Shown here in pieces: positions 29,924 to 64,000 of a DNA stretch of 64,000 bases. The translations under genes and the position numbers were made by a program. The stretch lies in the NCBI RefSeq assembly GCF_009914755.1, contig NC_060941.1; one strand, 5' to 3'. This stretch comes from the human T2T-CHM13v2.0 reference genome, Homo sapiens. The notes below the pieces were generated by a model. That model was not told where the DNA came from. It worked only from the letters and a program-made list of their open reading frames with translations, and made no database searches. The first letter of the stretch is position 1. Each line of letters starts with the position of its first letter.

Positions 29924-30636
29924 TTTTCCTACTAAATTTCAGTAGCCCAGATGAAGTAGCAGAGGAGATTGAGGGATAGATTCATCTGGAATTGGAAGTT
30001 TATGAGGCAGTTGCAATAGAAGGACAAGGAAGAGAGAGAGTTGACAGTGCTGGCAAAAGAAGAATTGAGCTGATCAATTACTGGATGGGACATTAGTCTC
30101 TTTCAGTTGGCAAGAAGCAGAGATACCCTTAGTTCAGGTTATCACAAAGTCTGAGGTAGAAGATAATGGCACTGAAGTAGAAGGCAGGAAGCCCAGGAAA
30201 CTTGTTCCACAGACAGGCATCAGGGAGAAACGAAAACATGCCTAGAATAGGATGCAATAGATGTTCTAGTCTATTGAATAGAATTTCACCCTAATGTCAG
30301 CTCTAATCATCTGGTTTGCTTCTACTCTCTCAGAAGTAAATGCCCATTTACTCCTTTTTCCGGGAATTCTCCCATATTCATAACTCAGCTTCTTACTGCC
30401 TAGTTTCTCTCTCTCCTCTTCTGCACATACTTACTACTTCTCCCTGTTTGTATTAATTTTTCTGTGACTTGCATCCAAATTCCCCCAAAAGAGGACTTAT
30501 TGAGTCAGTTAGGTTCATCCAATATGGACCACATTAAAGACTTCTGGTCTTCCCTTATGTTTAGCCTATAAATGTTTATCTTCTGCTATTTTATAGATTT
30601 CTGATCTAATCAGCCACAACCAGGGTAACACAATGA

Positions 30637-31498
<862 letters not shown>

Positions 31499-31588
31499 AT
31501 TATATAACATACAGCATGGCCACCCCAGCCTACTTTTCTCAGAAAGGAATTGTGAGTAGAGCTTCACAGACCATGGAGGACTCCATCA

Positions 31589-31776
<188 letters not shown>

Positions 31777-32355
31777 GTGTGTATATACATATATAGCTCC
31801 ATAATCTTAAAGAACTTGAGTATTAGGAGTGGGGAAATGAAAGAGCTAGAAGGAACGATAAGGAATTTCAGATTGTTAGAAGAGTGAAGATAATGGGATG
31901 GTATAAGCCAAAAAATGTTGAGGACAGAATCTTAGGTGGCTCATCCACATGAATAAAGTTACACAACTCAGAAGATGACAGATGCCGGGTTGAAAAAAAG
32001 CCAGATTATCGAAGTTTGCAACAAATGTAGAGGCAAGTCTTGGAAGTCAATACAAAACAATGATCAGGAGAGATAAAAGGTAAGATGAGGAAAGCATGGA
32101 CTGCAAAGGAGGATAGTGTAGTGGTTGGAAATGCATCTGAGGAATGATGACATAATCTCTCATCCCCAAGATGCAGGGGACATGAGGGAATGCATAGGGA
32201 AACATGTATGTTATGTAAGACAAAATTAATGCATAGTGTATATTAGGAGGTGCAGTGATCTATAAAGTAAGTATATAAGACACAGAAAGTACCATTCTAT
32301 TGTTTCACAGCTTTTGTCTGAAATTAGTGTATGTGGTATAAGAAACATTAAATTG

Positions 32356-32681
<326 letters not shown>

Positions 32682-32778
32682 TTATTTTGCTAATAGTGTT
32701 AGAGATGAGGTAATTAAGCATCCTCATTTTACAGAAAGCTTCAGAAGGTTTAGTGATTTCCTTAAGGCATGCAGGTGA

Positions 32779-32875
<97 letters not shown>

Positions 32876-33044
32876 TAGCTGGGATTACTAGAATTTAGAA
32901 GTATTTTTTAAGCACCTTGACCTCCCAAAGTGCTGGGATTACAGGCATGAGCCACCACGCCCAGCCTAGAATTTAGAAGGATTTTATGGGGAGGATGATA
33001 TTGTTGGCCCAGACCTGTTGAACTGTTAAAGTGTTAAAGTTTGA

Positions 33045-34566
<1,522 letters not shown>

Positions 34567-34869
34567 TCTTTTTTTCTTAATAAACTTCCTTGTAAACCAG
34601 AGTACAGTTTTCAAGACCAGCTCCAGCTCCACTCCTAATATTCTAGTTCTGAGTAGCTCCAGCTACTCAGGAGACTGTGGTGGGAGGATCCCTTGAGGCT
34701 ATGATTGCATCACTGCACTCCAGCCTGGGTGACAGAGTGAGATCCTATCTCTAAAAAATAAAATAAATAAATAAATAAATTTCCTTGTAGCAAAGAGACA
34801 CAGTCAAAATCAGTCTAATGATCTTCAAGCTGTTTCTAAAATTAGGAGCTCCATAAATATTGTGGTTGA

Positions 34870-35404
34870 TGATTATGGCATTTCTCCCATGGAAGGCATA
34901 TTTTAAAGTAATGGTTGACGAAATACATCTCCCTTTCTCTTTCACTTTCCTCCTCTACACATGCAACTCTTGGATGACAACTTAAGCCAATCACTATATC
35001 TCGTATTCCTTTAACTCCTCTCACTCCCAGATTGGTTCAGGAACAGGAACGTAATCATATGACCCAACTAAGGATATTCAATGCTAATAAGATTAAATTT
35101 TTGGAACTTTTTCCAGCTATCAGGGAAATTGAGTCTCTTTTCTACTGGATGGAAGTACATAGCTTCAGGACCTATTAGCAGCCAGCTTGGCACCATGAAA
35201 GGATAGCCTGCCCAGAAATGGAGTCATCACCAAGGAAGAAGATGTCATTTGAACCCTGGATCAAGTTTCTTTCAAGAAGAAGCAAGAAACTGTTTCACTG
35301 GCATATGAGCAATAATAAAGTCTTTTTTGTTGTTGTTGTTTTTGCTGTTAAATCAGTTCTAGTTGGATTTTCTACCATTTGTAACATACAGTCCTAACTG
35401 ATAC
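34870..35404 (+). mobile_element. Old MLT1 (J/K-like) MaLR LTR
   Basis: AAGCCAATCA..GATTGGTTCAGG..GAACCCTGGATCAAG..GTTGGATTTTCT..GTCCTAACTGATACA. Confidence 0.7.
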
Positions 35405-35410
35405 AGATAA

Positions 35411-35739
<329 letters not shown>

Positions 35740-36347
35740 ATAACCATGTTTCTTAATACAAGTCTGCATTGCAACTAGCTATATACAAAGATACAGTTTT
35801 AAACTGTGATTTTTGGAATTCTTGAGACTCTTAACATGCCATCACTCCACTTCACACTTTATTGGAAAACCAGCAAAAAAAAAAAAAAAAAAAAAAAAGG
35901 CCGTGTCTTAAATACAGATTTATAAAATCTATTCAAAAATAATTTCCTCTTAATAAAATGGAAATCACTATATCCCAAAGTCAATTCAATGGTTGCAACA
36001 GATAAAGGATTTCTTTCCATTTTCTATACTTTGCTTTCACCCAAACTTAGATTCAAATTTAAACACAGATGTTTTGAGTGATACATTAAAATACTGCTTC
36101 ATATTTGCTAAGATAGATATAAAATGAATCTCTGACTTCCCATATAGTACTGTGCTTGTTTTATGCAAAAACTGGAAATAAAGAAGTAAAAAGTGGTTTT
36201 AAAAAATGTGATATAGGTAGGTCTTAAATAAACATTGTTAAGCTGAGTAGTAAAAAACAGTAAGTGTCATAAAAGGGATATACACAAAATGTTTTTGGAA
36301 GCCCAGAGAAGGGTAAAGTAATGCTGGCACAGCCAGAGAGGAAGTGA

Positions 36348-36766
<419 letters not shown>

Positions 36767-36889
36767 GAATTATGGCATTTTCAAAGTCTGTTATGTAGCT
36801 AAACTTTTCTCTGTCTGTCTTAAAAGCTAAGAGCTGAAAAATTACCTATTATTATTTGGGTCTGGGGTTGATGACTGTGAAGGCAATGT

Positions 36890-37085
36890 AGAATATATAG
36901 ATTGGAAGCTGCAATGCCTTTTATGACCTAGTCTCTGAACTCAAATACCATCACTTCTGCTGTATTCTTTGCATTACAAGCAAGTCACTAAGCCCAGCCC
37001 ACACTCAAGAGGAGTGGGATTAAACTCAGTCACTTAAAGGGAGGAGTATCAAAGATTTCTGTGGACATATTTTAAAACCACAACA
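36890..37085 (-). mobile_element. MLT1F/G-like LTR fragment
   Basis: GGAAGCTGCAATGCCTTTTATGACCTAG..GGAGGAGTATCAAAGA..GGACATATTTTAAAACCAC. Confidence 0.75.
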
Positions 37086-37147
37086 AATATCTAGCGCACT
37101 GTTACTCCTTGAGGGTAATTTTGGACACTCTTTTCTTCTCTATTAAT

Positions 37148-37852
<705 letters not shown>

Positions 37853-38020
37853 TCTCTATTAATCTTGATTTTCTTCCAAGCCTGGTCTTCCGTTAGCTTT
37901 CCCATTCTTAGTAAATGACACTACTTCCACTTAGTTACTAAAAGCCACAGTCATCCTTGATTCTTTTCTTTTCCTCAATCTCCATTCCCTAATAAATCCA
38001 TCAGCAAAGATAAAGTATAT

Positions 38021-38346
38021 ACCATGTTCCTTGGTATCTGTGGGGGACTAATTCCAGGTACCCCTTGGAAACCAAAATCCATGGATGCTCAAGTCCTCCA
38101 TACAAAATGGCATAGTATTTGCATATCGCCTACACATATCCTCCCATATACTTTAAATTATCTCTAGAGTACATATAATACAATGTAAATAATTGTTATT
38201 TATAAGCACTGTTTACAGAGTAATGACAAGAAAAAAAATGTCTGTACGTGTTCAGTACAGATGCAATCATCCATTAAAAAAAAATTTCCATTCACAGTTA
38301 GTTGAATCCAGGGATGCAGAACCCACAGATATGGAGGGCCAACTGT
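38021..38346 (+). mobile_element. MER2 (TcMar-Tigger), near full length
   Basis: GGTATCTGTGGGGGA..CCAAAATCCATGGATGCTCAAGTCC..GATGCAGAACCCACAGATATGGAGGGCCAACTG, TA flanks. Confidence 0.9.
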
Positions 38347-38478
38347 ATATGTCATTTGTTTATTCCCTCTTCTGGCCATTAATCCATGCTACCATGAACT
38401 CTTGCTTACTTCAGTGGCTTCATAACTTGTCTTCTTCTACTTTTGCCTCCCTACTGTCCATCTCCACACACCAGCCAC

Positions 38479-39386
<908 letters not shown>

Positions 39387-39833
39387 AGCCAGCCACCTTT
39401 TATTAAGCATGTACTTTGTGCTTTGCAGAACAATAAGTAATTTACATGTATCATCTAATTTAATCATCACACCTGTCTAAGAAATAGTTATTACTATTTA
39501 ACACCCTTGCTTAAAAACCTATTTTCACTATTATAAAGATAACGCGTCTTCACAAATATATTTTTCCCTCTCCTGTTAAATTACTTTTCTTAGGATAAAT
39601 TTTAGGAAGCAGAATTACTAGGTTAAAGAATATAAAGATTTTAAAGCCACCAATAACTCTTTTTCTATTCTTACTTGGAGGACTTGTCAGTTCTCTTTCT
39701 TTATATTTAATTTTTTACGGTGGTGGGGGGTGGTCCTCCATTTTCTGATGTCCTGTCCATGAGTAGATACATGTTCCTGGAAAATAGTCTAGAATAGTAG
39801 TTCTCAAGTTCAACTGCACATTACAATTACCTA

Positions 39834-42180
<2,347 letters not shown>

Positions 42181-42877
42181 TACTCAAAATTTTTTGTTTG
42201 TTTTGAGAGAGGGTCTCTGTTGCTCAGACTGGAGTGCAATGGCACAATCATAGCTCCTGACTATAAACTGAACCTCCTGGGCAATCCTCCCATCTCAGCC
42301 TCCTGAGTGGCTGGGACTACAACACCTAGCTATTTTTTTTTTTTTAATTATTTTTAGTAGAGATAAGGTCTCGCTATGTTGTCCGGGCTAGTCTCGAACT
42401 CCTGAGCTCAAGTGATCCTTCTGCCTCAGCCTCCCAAAGTGCTAGGATTACAGGTATGAGCCACTGGGTCCCGCCTAGAAGTTTTACTAAATTTTAGAGG
42501 CCTAAAATCTGAAATAGTTAAGAACCACAGACCTTTGAAAAGGAATAGACGAACTGATTGCATATTCTCAGTTAAAAGCTTTTGAAAAGTATGAAATGGC
42601 AATGAGTTCTAGATTCTATTCCTGATAAGAACTTGCCAACAGCTCTGATATGCCAATTAACTGCTGACCCTTAATATTAATGGGTTTTAAACAACGCTTA
42701 GATGTTCAAATCCCAATTCCTTAATATGATCTACAAAGCATCCTGTATAAACTGTGCTTTCCAAGAATTAACTGATTTAATTTGTGACAACTCTATGTAG
42801 TAGGTACTGTTACCATGTATGATTTGTACATTCTGTTCAACAAATGAATGAATACAATGAGTAAATAAAATTAAGAA

Positions 42878-43798
<921 letters not shown>

Positions 43799-44294
43799 TA
43801 GTAATTTTAAAATCTAGATCCAAGTCCAGTTTAGAAAAGAGAAGCATTCTCAACTCCAGCTCTGTTCATTCAATTAATGATCACTTCCTGTCTTTTTCCT
43901 CATTATTTGCCTATCTGCAGTTTTCTTCTGTGTTTTTACTGCCACCTGCCTCTTCTCTGTTTCATCTCTTCAAAAGTCTCACTGTTAATTCCTTTCTTTC
44001 TTGGGATTTTAGATCCCTCTAAATCTGCATGCACCTTTTGAAAACAAATACGAACATCACAATCTTTACCAACTAGTCTCATAAGAGCTAACCTTCATGG
44101 AGTAATCACTATGTGATACATTCTTTACTGCATGACCTTACTTAGTCTTCATTGTACTACGGTACTATTTTTATCATCCCTATTTTACAGGGATGGGACA
44201 ACAGAGGTTAACAGAACTAAAATAACTTGGCCAAATCTCACAGCTAGATAGTGGTAGAGCCAGGATTTGATTTAAACCTGTGTCTTTTCCTCCT

Positions 44295-45405
<1,111 letters not shown>

Positions 45406-45479
45406 AGAACTCATGACTACAAAGTAAATGCCACTCAACCAATGTTTCCCAAACATGCCATACACATTCTTGCCTCTCT

Positions 45480-47210
<1,731 letters not shown>

Positions 47211-47236
47211 CTAATACGATGCACAGATATGGGTCC

Positions 47237-47582
47237 TGCTGTGGTTTGAATGTGTTCCCCAAGGAATACATGTTGGAAACAATCCCCAACGCCAACAGTG
47301 TTGGGAGGTAGGGCCTAATGGGAGGTGTTTAGGTCATGAGGATGGAGCCCTCATGAATGTGTTAATATAATATCCAATTAAAAAGGGCTTAAGGCTGTGA
47401 GTTCTATGGCCTGCACTCACCCTTTGCCTTTCACCTGCCAAGGGATGACACAGAAAGAAGGCCCTCATCAGATGTGGGTCCCTAGAACTTAACCTTCCCA
47501 GCCTCCAGAAATAAATTTCTTTTCTTTGTAAATTACCCACTCTGTGGTATTCTGTTATAACAACACAAAACAGACTAAGACA
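47237..47582 (+). mobile_element. MST-family (MSTC-like) MaLR solo LTR
   Basis: TGCTGTGGTTTGAATGTG..ACAGACTAAGACA; 5-bp flanks GGTCC/GGCCC. Confidence 0.9.
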
Positions 47583-47858
47583 GGCCCAAATGATGCAAAA
47601 GTATGTCCTCTGCAATTGTACTACCACTTCAGGCCTAAATAAGACCCAAAGGCCTAGTATCCATATATCTGTTAATTTGTTTAACAATGATTTATTAAGC
47701 ATCTTTAATGTATTTGCCACTGTGTAATTGCTATTGTTAGAGGGAGAATAGAAGTAATAGATATTATCTTTCTATTTGTTCATAGAAAGATGAAGAGAAG
47801 TGACAGGTAATCAAATAATTTTAATACAATGATAAGTGCAATAATAAAGATAGCTCCA

Positions 47859-50125
<2,267 letters not shown>

Positions 50126-50149
50126 AAGAAAGACCAGTGTGTTGCTGTT

Positions 50150-50846
<697 letters not shown>

Positions 50847-51010
50847 TCATTCTAAGAACTGCTTCTCCAACCTGGCTGCACATTTTATCATTCAGGGAGG
50901 CTTCTAAAAAATACCGATTCCTATATGCTAAACCAATTAACTCAGAATATCTGGAAGTAGAGCCTAGCTCCTCTTTGTAGATTGAACGAGAGTTAGAAAA
51001 GGGTAACTAA

Positions 51011-54700
<3,690 letters not shown>

Positions 54701-54991
54701 GAGGAGACCTATGGAGTTTTGAAATAATAAGATATTGAATAAAATGGCATTCATTGGGCAATTGTCTCTTATACAAAATGCCTAAGTAGGGTCTCTATAA
54801 AAAACTGTAATTAAAGGGGAGTGAAAACAAACCCTTTGCTTACAGTTTCAGTGGGTTTAATGAAAATTTATTTATATGGATGAGCCAGTCCACCCCACAT
54901 GCAATTTGTATTTAATGTATTTGGATTTAGAGTTCTTGCAAACAAATTCAAAAACACTAGAATAGATTCATTGTGTCTCCTCTTTTCTATA

Positions 54992-55400
54992 GGAGAGGCA
55001 GTACAACCTAATTGTTAAATTGAGGGCATTAACATTAGACAGACCTGGTTTTGATTCTTGCTCAGCCACTTCCTAGCCCTGGGACCTTAGGCAAGTTATT
55101 CAACCTCTCTAGGCCTAGTTTTCTCATTAGTGCTGTGCAGATAACAAAAGAACCTATTTCAAAGGACTGTGTTGTAAATATTAAATGAAAAATTAAAGCA
55201 TTTAGCCCAGTGCCTGGAAGGCAGTCACTGACACATTCCATTGCAGAAAGACATAATAGAAACAATATAATATCAAACACTTATTATGCCAGCTACTGTG
55301 CTAAGTACTTTAAATTCATTATTTCATTTAATCCTTTGAGATAGGTATTATTTCTTATTCGCATTTCACTTGAGGAAAGGGTGGTTTAAGGAATTTCAGT
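54992..55400. mobile_element. MIR fragments, both orientations
   Basis: GACCTTAGGCAAGTTATTCAACCTCTCTAGGCCTAGTTTTCTCATT..GCCCAGTGCCTGG; another core near 55680-55742. Confidence 0.8.
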
Positions 55401-55834
55401 AATCAGAGAACTATAAAAACATCCAGTTAGCACAATCACCCTCAGGTGTGCACGTGTAATTTGATGCAAACATATGCATGCATACAAATGCAAGAATATT
55501 TACATACTCATTATTGCCTGTACCATGTTTCCTGGCACTTCCACCTGGATTGATGGTGCTGTAATAACATAGTGGCATTAGTGGAACTGGCTGGAAGAGC
55601 ACCCACTCAACCAGAATGGGTGTTTTATTGGAAAGAGTGATGCATTGCAAAAGGCCCAACTCTGTCTCTACCTTGCCCTCAGACCTTGAATAAGTCATTT
55701 GACTAAATCTTTGGGCCTCAGTTTCCTCATCTGTAAAATAAGGGGGCTGGCTCAGGTCTACTCTAATCAGCTCTGAATCAAAAGCAGCCCTCAATCCTGC
55801 CACCTTGTATAGGCAGTTCTATACAAACACACTC

Positions 55835-55848
55835 GCCCCCATGGCAAC
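55835..55848. promoter_or_regulatory. RFX X-box-like motif (strong half site)
   Basis: GCCCCCATGGCAAC; last 10 nt match the consensus. Confidence 0.35.
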
Positions 55849-57335
55849 GGCCACTCAGCTCTCAGAAGCACTGGTATGCCGCTCTACTCCAGCCAACAGT
55901 ACTATTTCCATCGCAAATTCCTGGGTGAATAGAGGGCTTGGATGGGGGAGGGATCTGTTCATCAGTAATCTTAAAGCCCCTGGCATTAAAAGAAAGTCTA
56001 GAATAAATTGTCTGTGGGTGGTGCATATGTGCTAAATCAGAAACAGCATCAGCATTTAATTCACAATATTATCCTTCTAGGAGGTGGAGGAGCTATCTTA
56101 GCTGAGGTGAAATTTAGAGGGTCACTTTGCCACTGAAGTGCTGAGTCAATGAGTGGAGGAAACTGTGACCCAAGTTATTTAAAATTGGGGAGGATGCCAA
56201 AAGAACATTGCCAGAGGGTGTTTAAATCAATCTGGATTTTTGAGAAGCAATTCCAGTGTTTATTTCCAAGCTACATAGATAGACTCTCTTATTATCTTAT
56301 CACAGCAGACACTTATCAGAACTTCATCTTGGAAGCACAGAGGCTGTAGGGCAAATGGACTGAGAATAAAGATGCAAGAAAAAGAGAACATCTCTTTTCA
56401 AAAAAAGGAGGAGATATCCTTGAGAAGGCTGCCCTATATCTGCTCTACCCTCTATTTTCAAGCCTTCACCAAGTTGTTTCTAGAGTCTGTTGCTGATAAT
56501 GGTGAAATGGTGACGATGACAATGATGAATTCATGGCAAGGATTAGCTCTTGCCTTTTCTTCCTCCACATTGCATAGATTTGAGCCAAAGGGGGCACTAT
56601 TCTTTTATAACTCAGATGAAAAGGAAGTAGATGCTCACTTAAGATAGAGTTTGAATTGCCTTTCTCACAAGGAGTGGTTCCAGGAGAAATGTAATAGGCA
56701 CTACACTAGGTTTCCAGCTGAGGGCAGCCGTGTTAGCCTTTGCTGACTCCTTACGGCTGCCTACTGAGAGATCTGCAGAGGAAAGGCACTGAAAACAGGC
56801 AAACAATGTGAAGGTGGACTGGGAGTTTAGAAATCAGGCTGGTGAGAGTTTCCAGAAGAAGGCTGTCTGTAGTTAGAGACCGACCTGTGTCCATGAGCTG
56901 GGGGAATCCCGGAATGAATGGATGGTCTTTGCTGAGGATTGTATGAGCAGCAAAACTTTCTGAGCTATGACGTGCAGGGCAAATCAAAGCTGGCTGCTCC
57001 TTACAAACCTGTGGAGTTGGACTTGCTGTTTTTCCTCTTGCCACTAGAGGGTAGAATATGAAAAGAAGATTAGCATGTTTTCATCCTTGCCTAGTTAGCC
57101 CTGTAGGAATTCTAAGTGTTAAAGGATAAGAAATCTTGATCTTGCTAACACATATATCTGTCCAAGCTATTTCCTGGCTTACACATGTTCAATGGCTCCC
57201 TAAAGTTTCCAGAATAAAGTCTGAGTTGATGAGAATGGCATACAAGCTCTTCCCAAATTCGCCTTGGTCTTCCCTCATAACTCTGCCCTTCAGTCCCCTG
57301 CTCTTCATCTACAATACAAATCCTTGGGGAAGTAG

Positions 57336-61486
<4,151 letters not shown>

Positions 61487-62099
61487 AGGATGCAGCTTCG
61501 AATGATAAGAACACAAGCTGAAATGATACCTAAAGAAAAGCTATTAATATTAAGATAAATTCAGAGCCATGAGGAATCAAGGAAACCTACAAGGAAGTAG
61601 AAACTATGAGGTAGAGAACATTCATCTGAAAGGAAGAATAAAGAATCAATCAGTACTGGTGGAAGAGGCCCTGCCAGGAGGAAAATAGCTAAGTCATGCT
61701 AATGAGTGAACATCAGAGTGAAAACAATAAAAATGCCATCTCTTGCTCTACTGGGCTCTTAGTTTTCCTGAGTTTCTGTGACATAGATCTTTAAAATAAA
61801 ATTGTTGAACGAAATGAAGCAAGTTATTATTTGCAACCCAGAGTTCCTAAATGATATACCATTTCTCTGTTTTGGGAAAACCCAGCCATCCTCTAAGGGT
61901 AAATTTCTGGCTCTCTCCTCTGTTTTCTCTCTTCATTTAGAGAAGCACTTGTCACATTACCTACATATTGGTTTGTCTCTCTTTACCCAGAGAATATCAG
62001 GCTGTTAACTCTTTGAGGACAGGTTACATTGTCTGTGTTTCCCAGCAGCATACTGTGTCTAGTAGTAAACTTGATATACAAAAGATGTTCAGCATATAA

Positions 62100-62300
62100 A
62101 ACCAGCTACTGTTCTAAGCACTTTATAGATTTGAATTTATTTAATCTTCCCCAAAATCCTCTGAAGTAGATACTCGTATTTTCCTCATTTTACAGATGGG
62201 GAAAGGTGAGGGACAGAGAAAGGCTTACGAAAAGTTGCAAAGTAGAAGATTCAATCCAGGAAATTTGGCTCCAGAGTCCCAGAGCTTAACTACTATACTA
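62100..62300 (-). mobile_element. MIR
   Basis: CCTCATTTTACAGATGGGGAAAGGTGAGG..GATTCAATCCAGG..GGCTCCAGAGTCC. Confidence 0.8.
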
Positions 62301-62813
62301 TATAGCCTGAACTAAAGGGGAACGAGGACAGGGAATACTAGTTAATATGAATATTTGAGCACTTATCTAAAAGCACTTTCACACATATTATATGAGGCCA
62401 TCAAGAGTCTCCTCATTGTGGGAAACTAGCCAGAAGTTCATCCCTGAAATACCATATACTCAGATTCTTCCTATAGGCACAGAAAAATGAAAATCAGTAA
62501 AGGGCACATGCAGACTTATTTTGTAAAAAATTCCATGGACACCTGGTAGGTAGGTTTGATTTATAGGCTAATGTCTAAGGGAAGAATTGTATTAGAGTAT
62601 GAAAACCTTTCATATGGGGCAAAGCAGCTACTTTCTCAGCTATTCCAAGAACTGTGAGTCTCTCCCTAAAGCCAACAATTGAGGGTGTGTATGTGGGGTG
62701 GTAGGAAGGGTGGATATAGTGGTGATTCCCTAGTGTATTATTGTTTTTAAAGGAGTCTGGCTTTAGGGAGCTCTTGCAGATGCCTTTATTGGCAGTGTCA
62801 ACCGTTTCTTTGA

Positions 62814-62827
62814 GTTGCCATGGCACC
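62814..62827. promoter_or_regulatory. RFX X-box motif
   Basis: GTTGCCATGGCACC, 13/14 match to GTTGCCATGGCAAC; ATTGG (reverse CCAAT) at 62788 and GGGGTGGAG at ~62925. Confidence 0.5.
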
Positions 62828-63771
62828 CAAAAGACAAAGTTGGGGGGCTGTCTATTAGTGAATGATTAGGAGCCAAATAAAAAGGAAAGTTCTTTGAGGG
62901 AAGGCTGGGGTTGTTTGGGGAGCGGGGTGGAGCTGGGTGTTTAAGTATTGATATAGGGTTAATCCAGACAACTCTTGGCATGACCCATACACAAGCAACA
63001 AAGACCAGAACAAACAGGAAGGCTTACCTAGGAGCTTTCCAGCATGGTTTCTTCTTCCTAATTGCCTACGTCTAAGAGAGATCTGAGTAAGTGACCAGAG
63101 GAGAGGTCTGAAGCTAGCAACTGTTCAGCACTGAAAATGTTAAGTATTAATGGTGCCCTGTAGGGACAAAAAGAGTCTTTGGGCTCCTCAGAAAGTGAGG
63201 GAACAGCAGGAGCTGCCTGTACCTGAATAAAATTCACCAGGGAGGTGAGTGAGATTTCTGTTTGGGATGAATTCCTGGTGACACAGCCATATGGCTTTTA
63301 CTGACTGCCATCCTCCAGACAGTATACTCTTTTTGGGGAGAAGCTAAAGTATACAGAAGATTGTGCTTTCCTCACTGTCATCTTTAATCCCTCCCCCATC
63401 ATTAGCTGGAACTCTTAAATGAAGACTCAAGTGTCCCAATCTATCCTTCCAGCCTGAATTCCTGCCCAAGATCAAGGGTCCTCCTTCCCTTTCCCCAAGC
63501 CACTTCCCCACATCTCTGATTTTCTCCCTAGAGTAGGAGGCTCCAGGGGACCACAGCTGACTCTGCCAGGCACAGAGGGTTGAGTCATTCTGCAGGCGTC
63601 AGAGCTGTTAGCAACAGCTCTGCTGATCTGTATGCAGCTCCAACTCCCTCTCCAGTTCAGAGTTTTGGAGCCGTCTTGTTCAAAAGTAAAGAACAGAACA
63701 CAGATGGCTGGTAACAGGATCCCACAGGGGCCTCCTTTCCCACTGAGCCCATCCTGCTAATCCTTTTACAG

Positions 63772-63786
63772 AAGACAAAATAAATG
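63772..63786 (+). other. Candidate 15-nt microexon
   Basis: CCTGCTAATCCTTTTACAG|AAGACAAAATAAATG|GTGAGT. Confidence 0.3.
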
Positions 63787-64000
63787 GTGAGTAGAGAGAG
63801 AGGAAAAAAAAAAAGAGTATCGGCTTCTGCACTGTTCTGTGGGTCCTAGTGGAAGGTCTCTGGTAACAACCCCAAGCTACTCACTAAATTTCCTAGGCAT
63901 ATTCCCTTCCTGATCCTTCTTTCTCTTCATCCACTTCATTTCCCTTCCAATCTCCCATTCTCCAACCCAGTTTCCTTTTCTCTGTAGTATCTATTAATCT

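Noticed and set aside
55411-57044. Non-Alu ORFs of 66-130 aa
   Set aside because: The longest runs through a MIR core (FTDEETEAQR); the rest resemble no protein I know and have chance-level lengths.
63028-63130. Possible minus-strand 103-nt exon (TTTTCAG acceptor, AG|GTAAGC donor)
   Set aside because: Its ATG meets a stop after five codons and there is no other support; a non-coding exon is not excluded.

Overview
Primate (almost certainly human) genomic DNA from a very Alu-dense region; by eye roughly half or more is Alu, often nested or stacked at one target site. Older repeats lie underneath: L1M, L2, MIR, MaLR and ERV1 solo LTRs, and Tigger/hAT DNA transposons. I can support no protein-coding gene or CpG island, and nearly all ORFs in the track are Alu or simple-repeat translations. 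The only gene-derived sequence I recognise is a full-length, frameshifted RPL35A processed pseudogene (minus strand, ~27.17-27.61 kb) inserted in an old L1. A ~0.9 kb TA-rich VNTR lies at 21.35-22.25 kb. The best functional leads are three Alu-free islands (~17.8-18.5, ~55.4-57.1, ~62.4-64.0 kb), each with an RFX X-box-like motif; two also contain tiny plus-strand candidate exons (31 nt and 15 nt) with good splice sites. Several locally scrambled or inverted repeats record small rearrangements. I see no convincing evidence of a novel biological system. I cannot place the locus, repeat subfamily names come from my memory of consensus sequences, and most boundaries are approximate.
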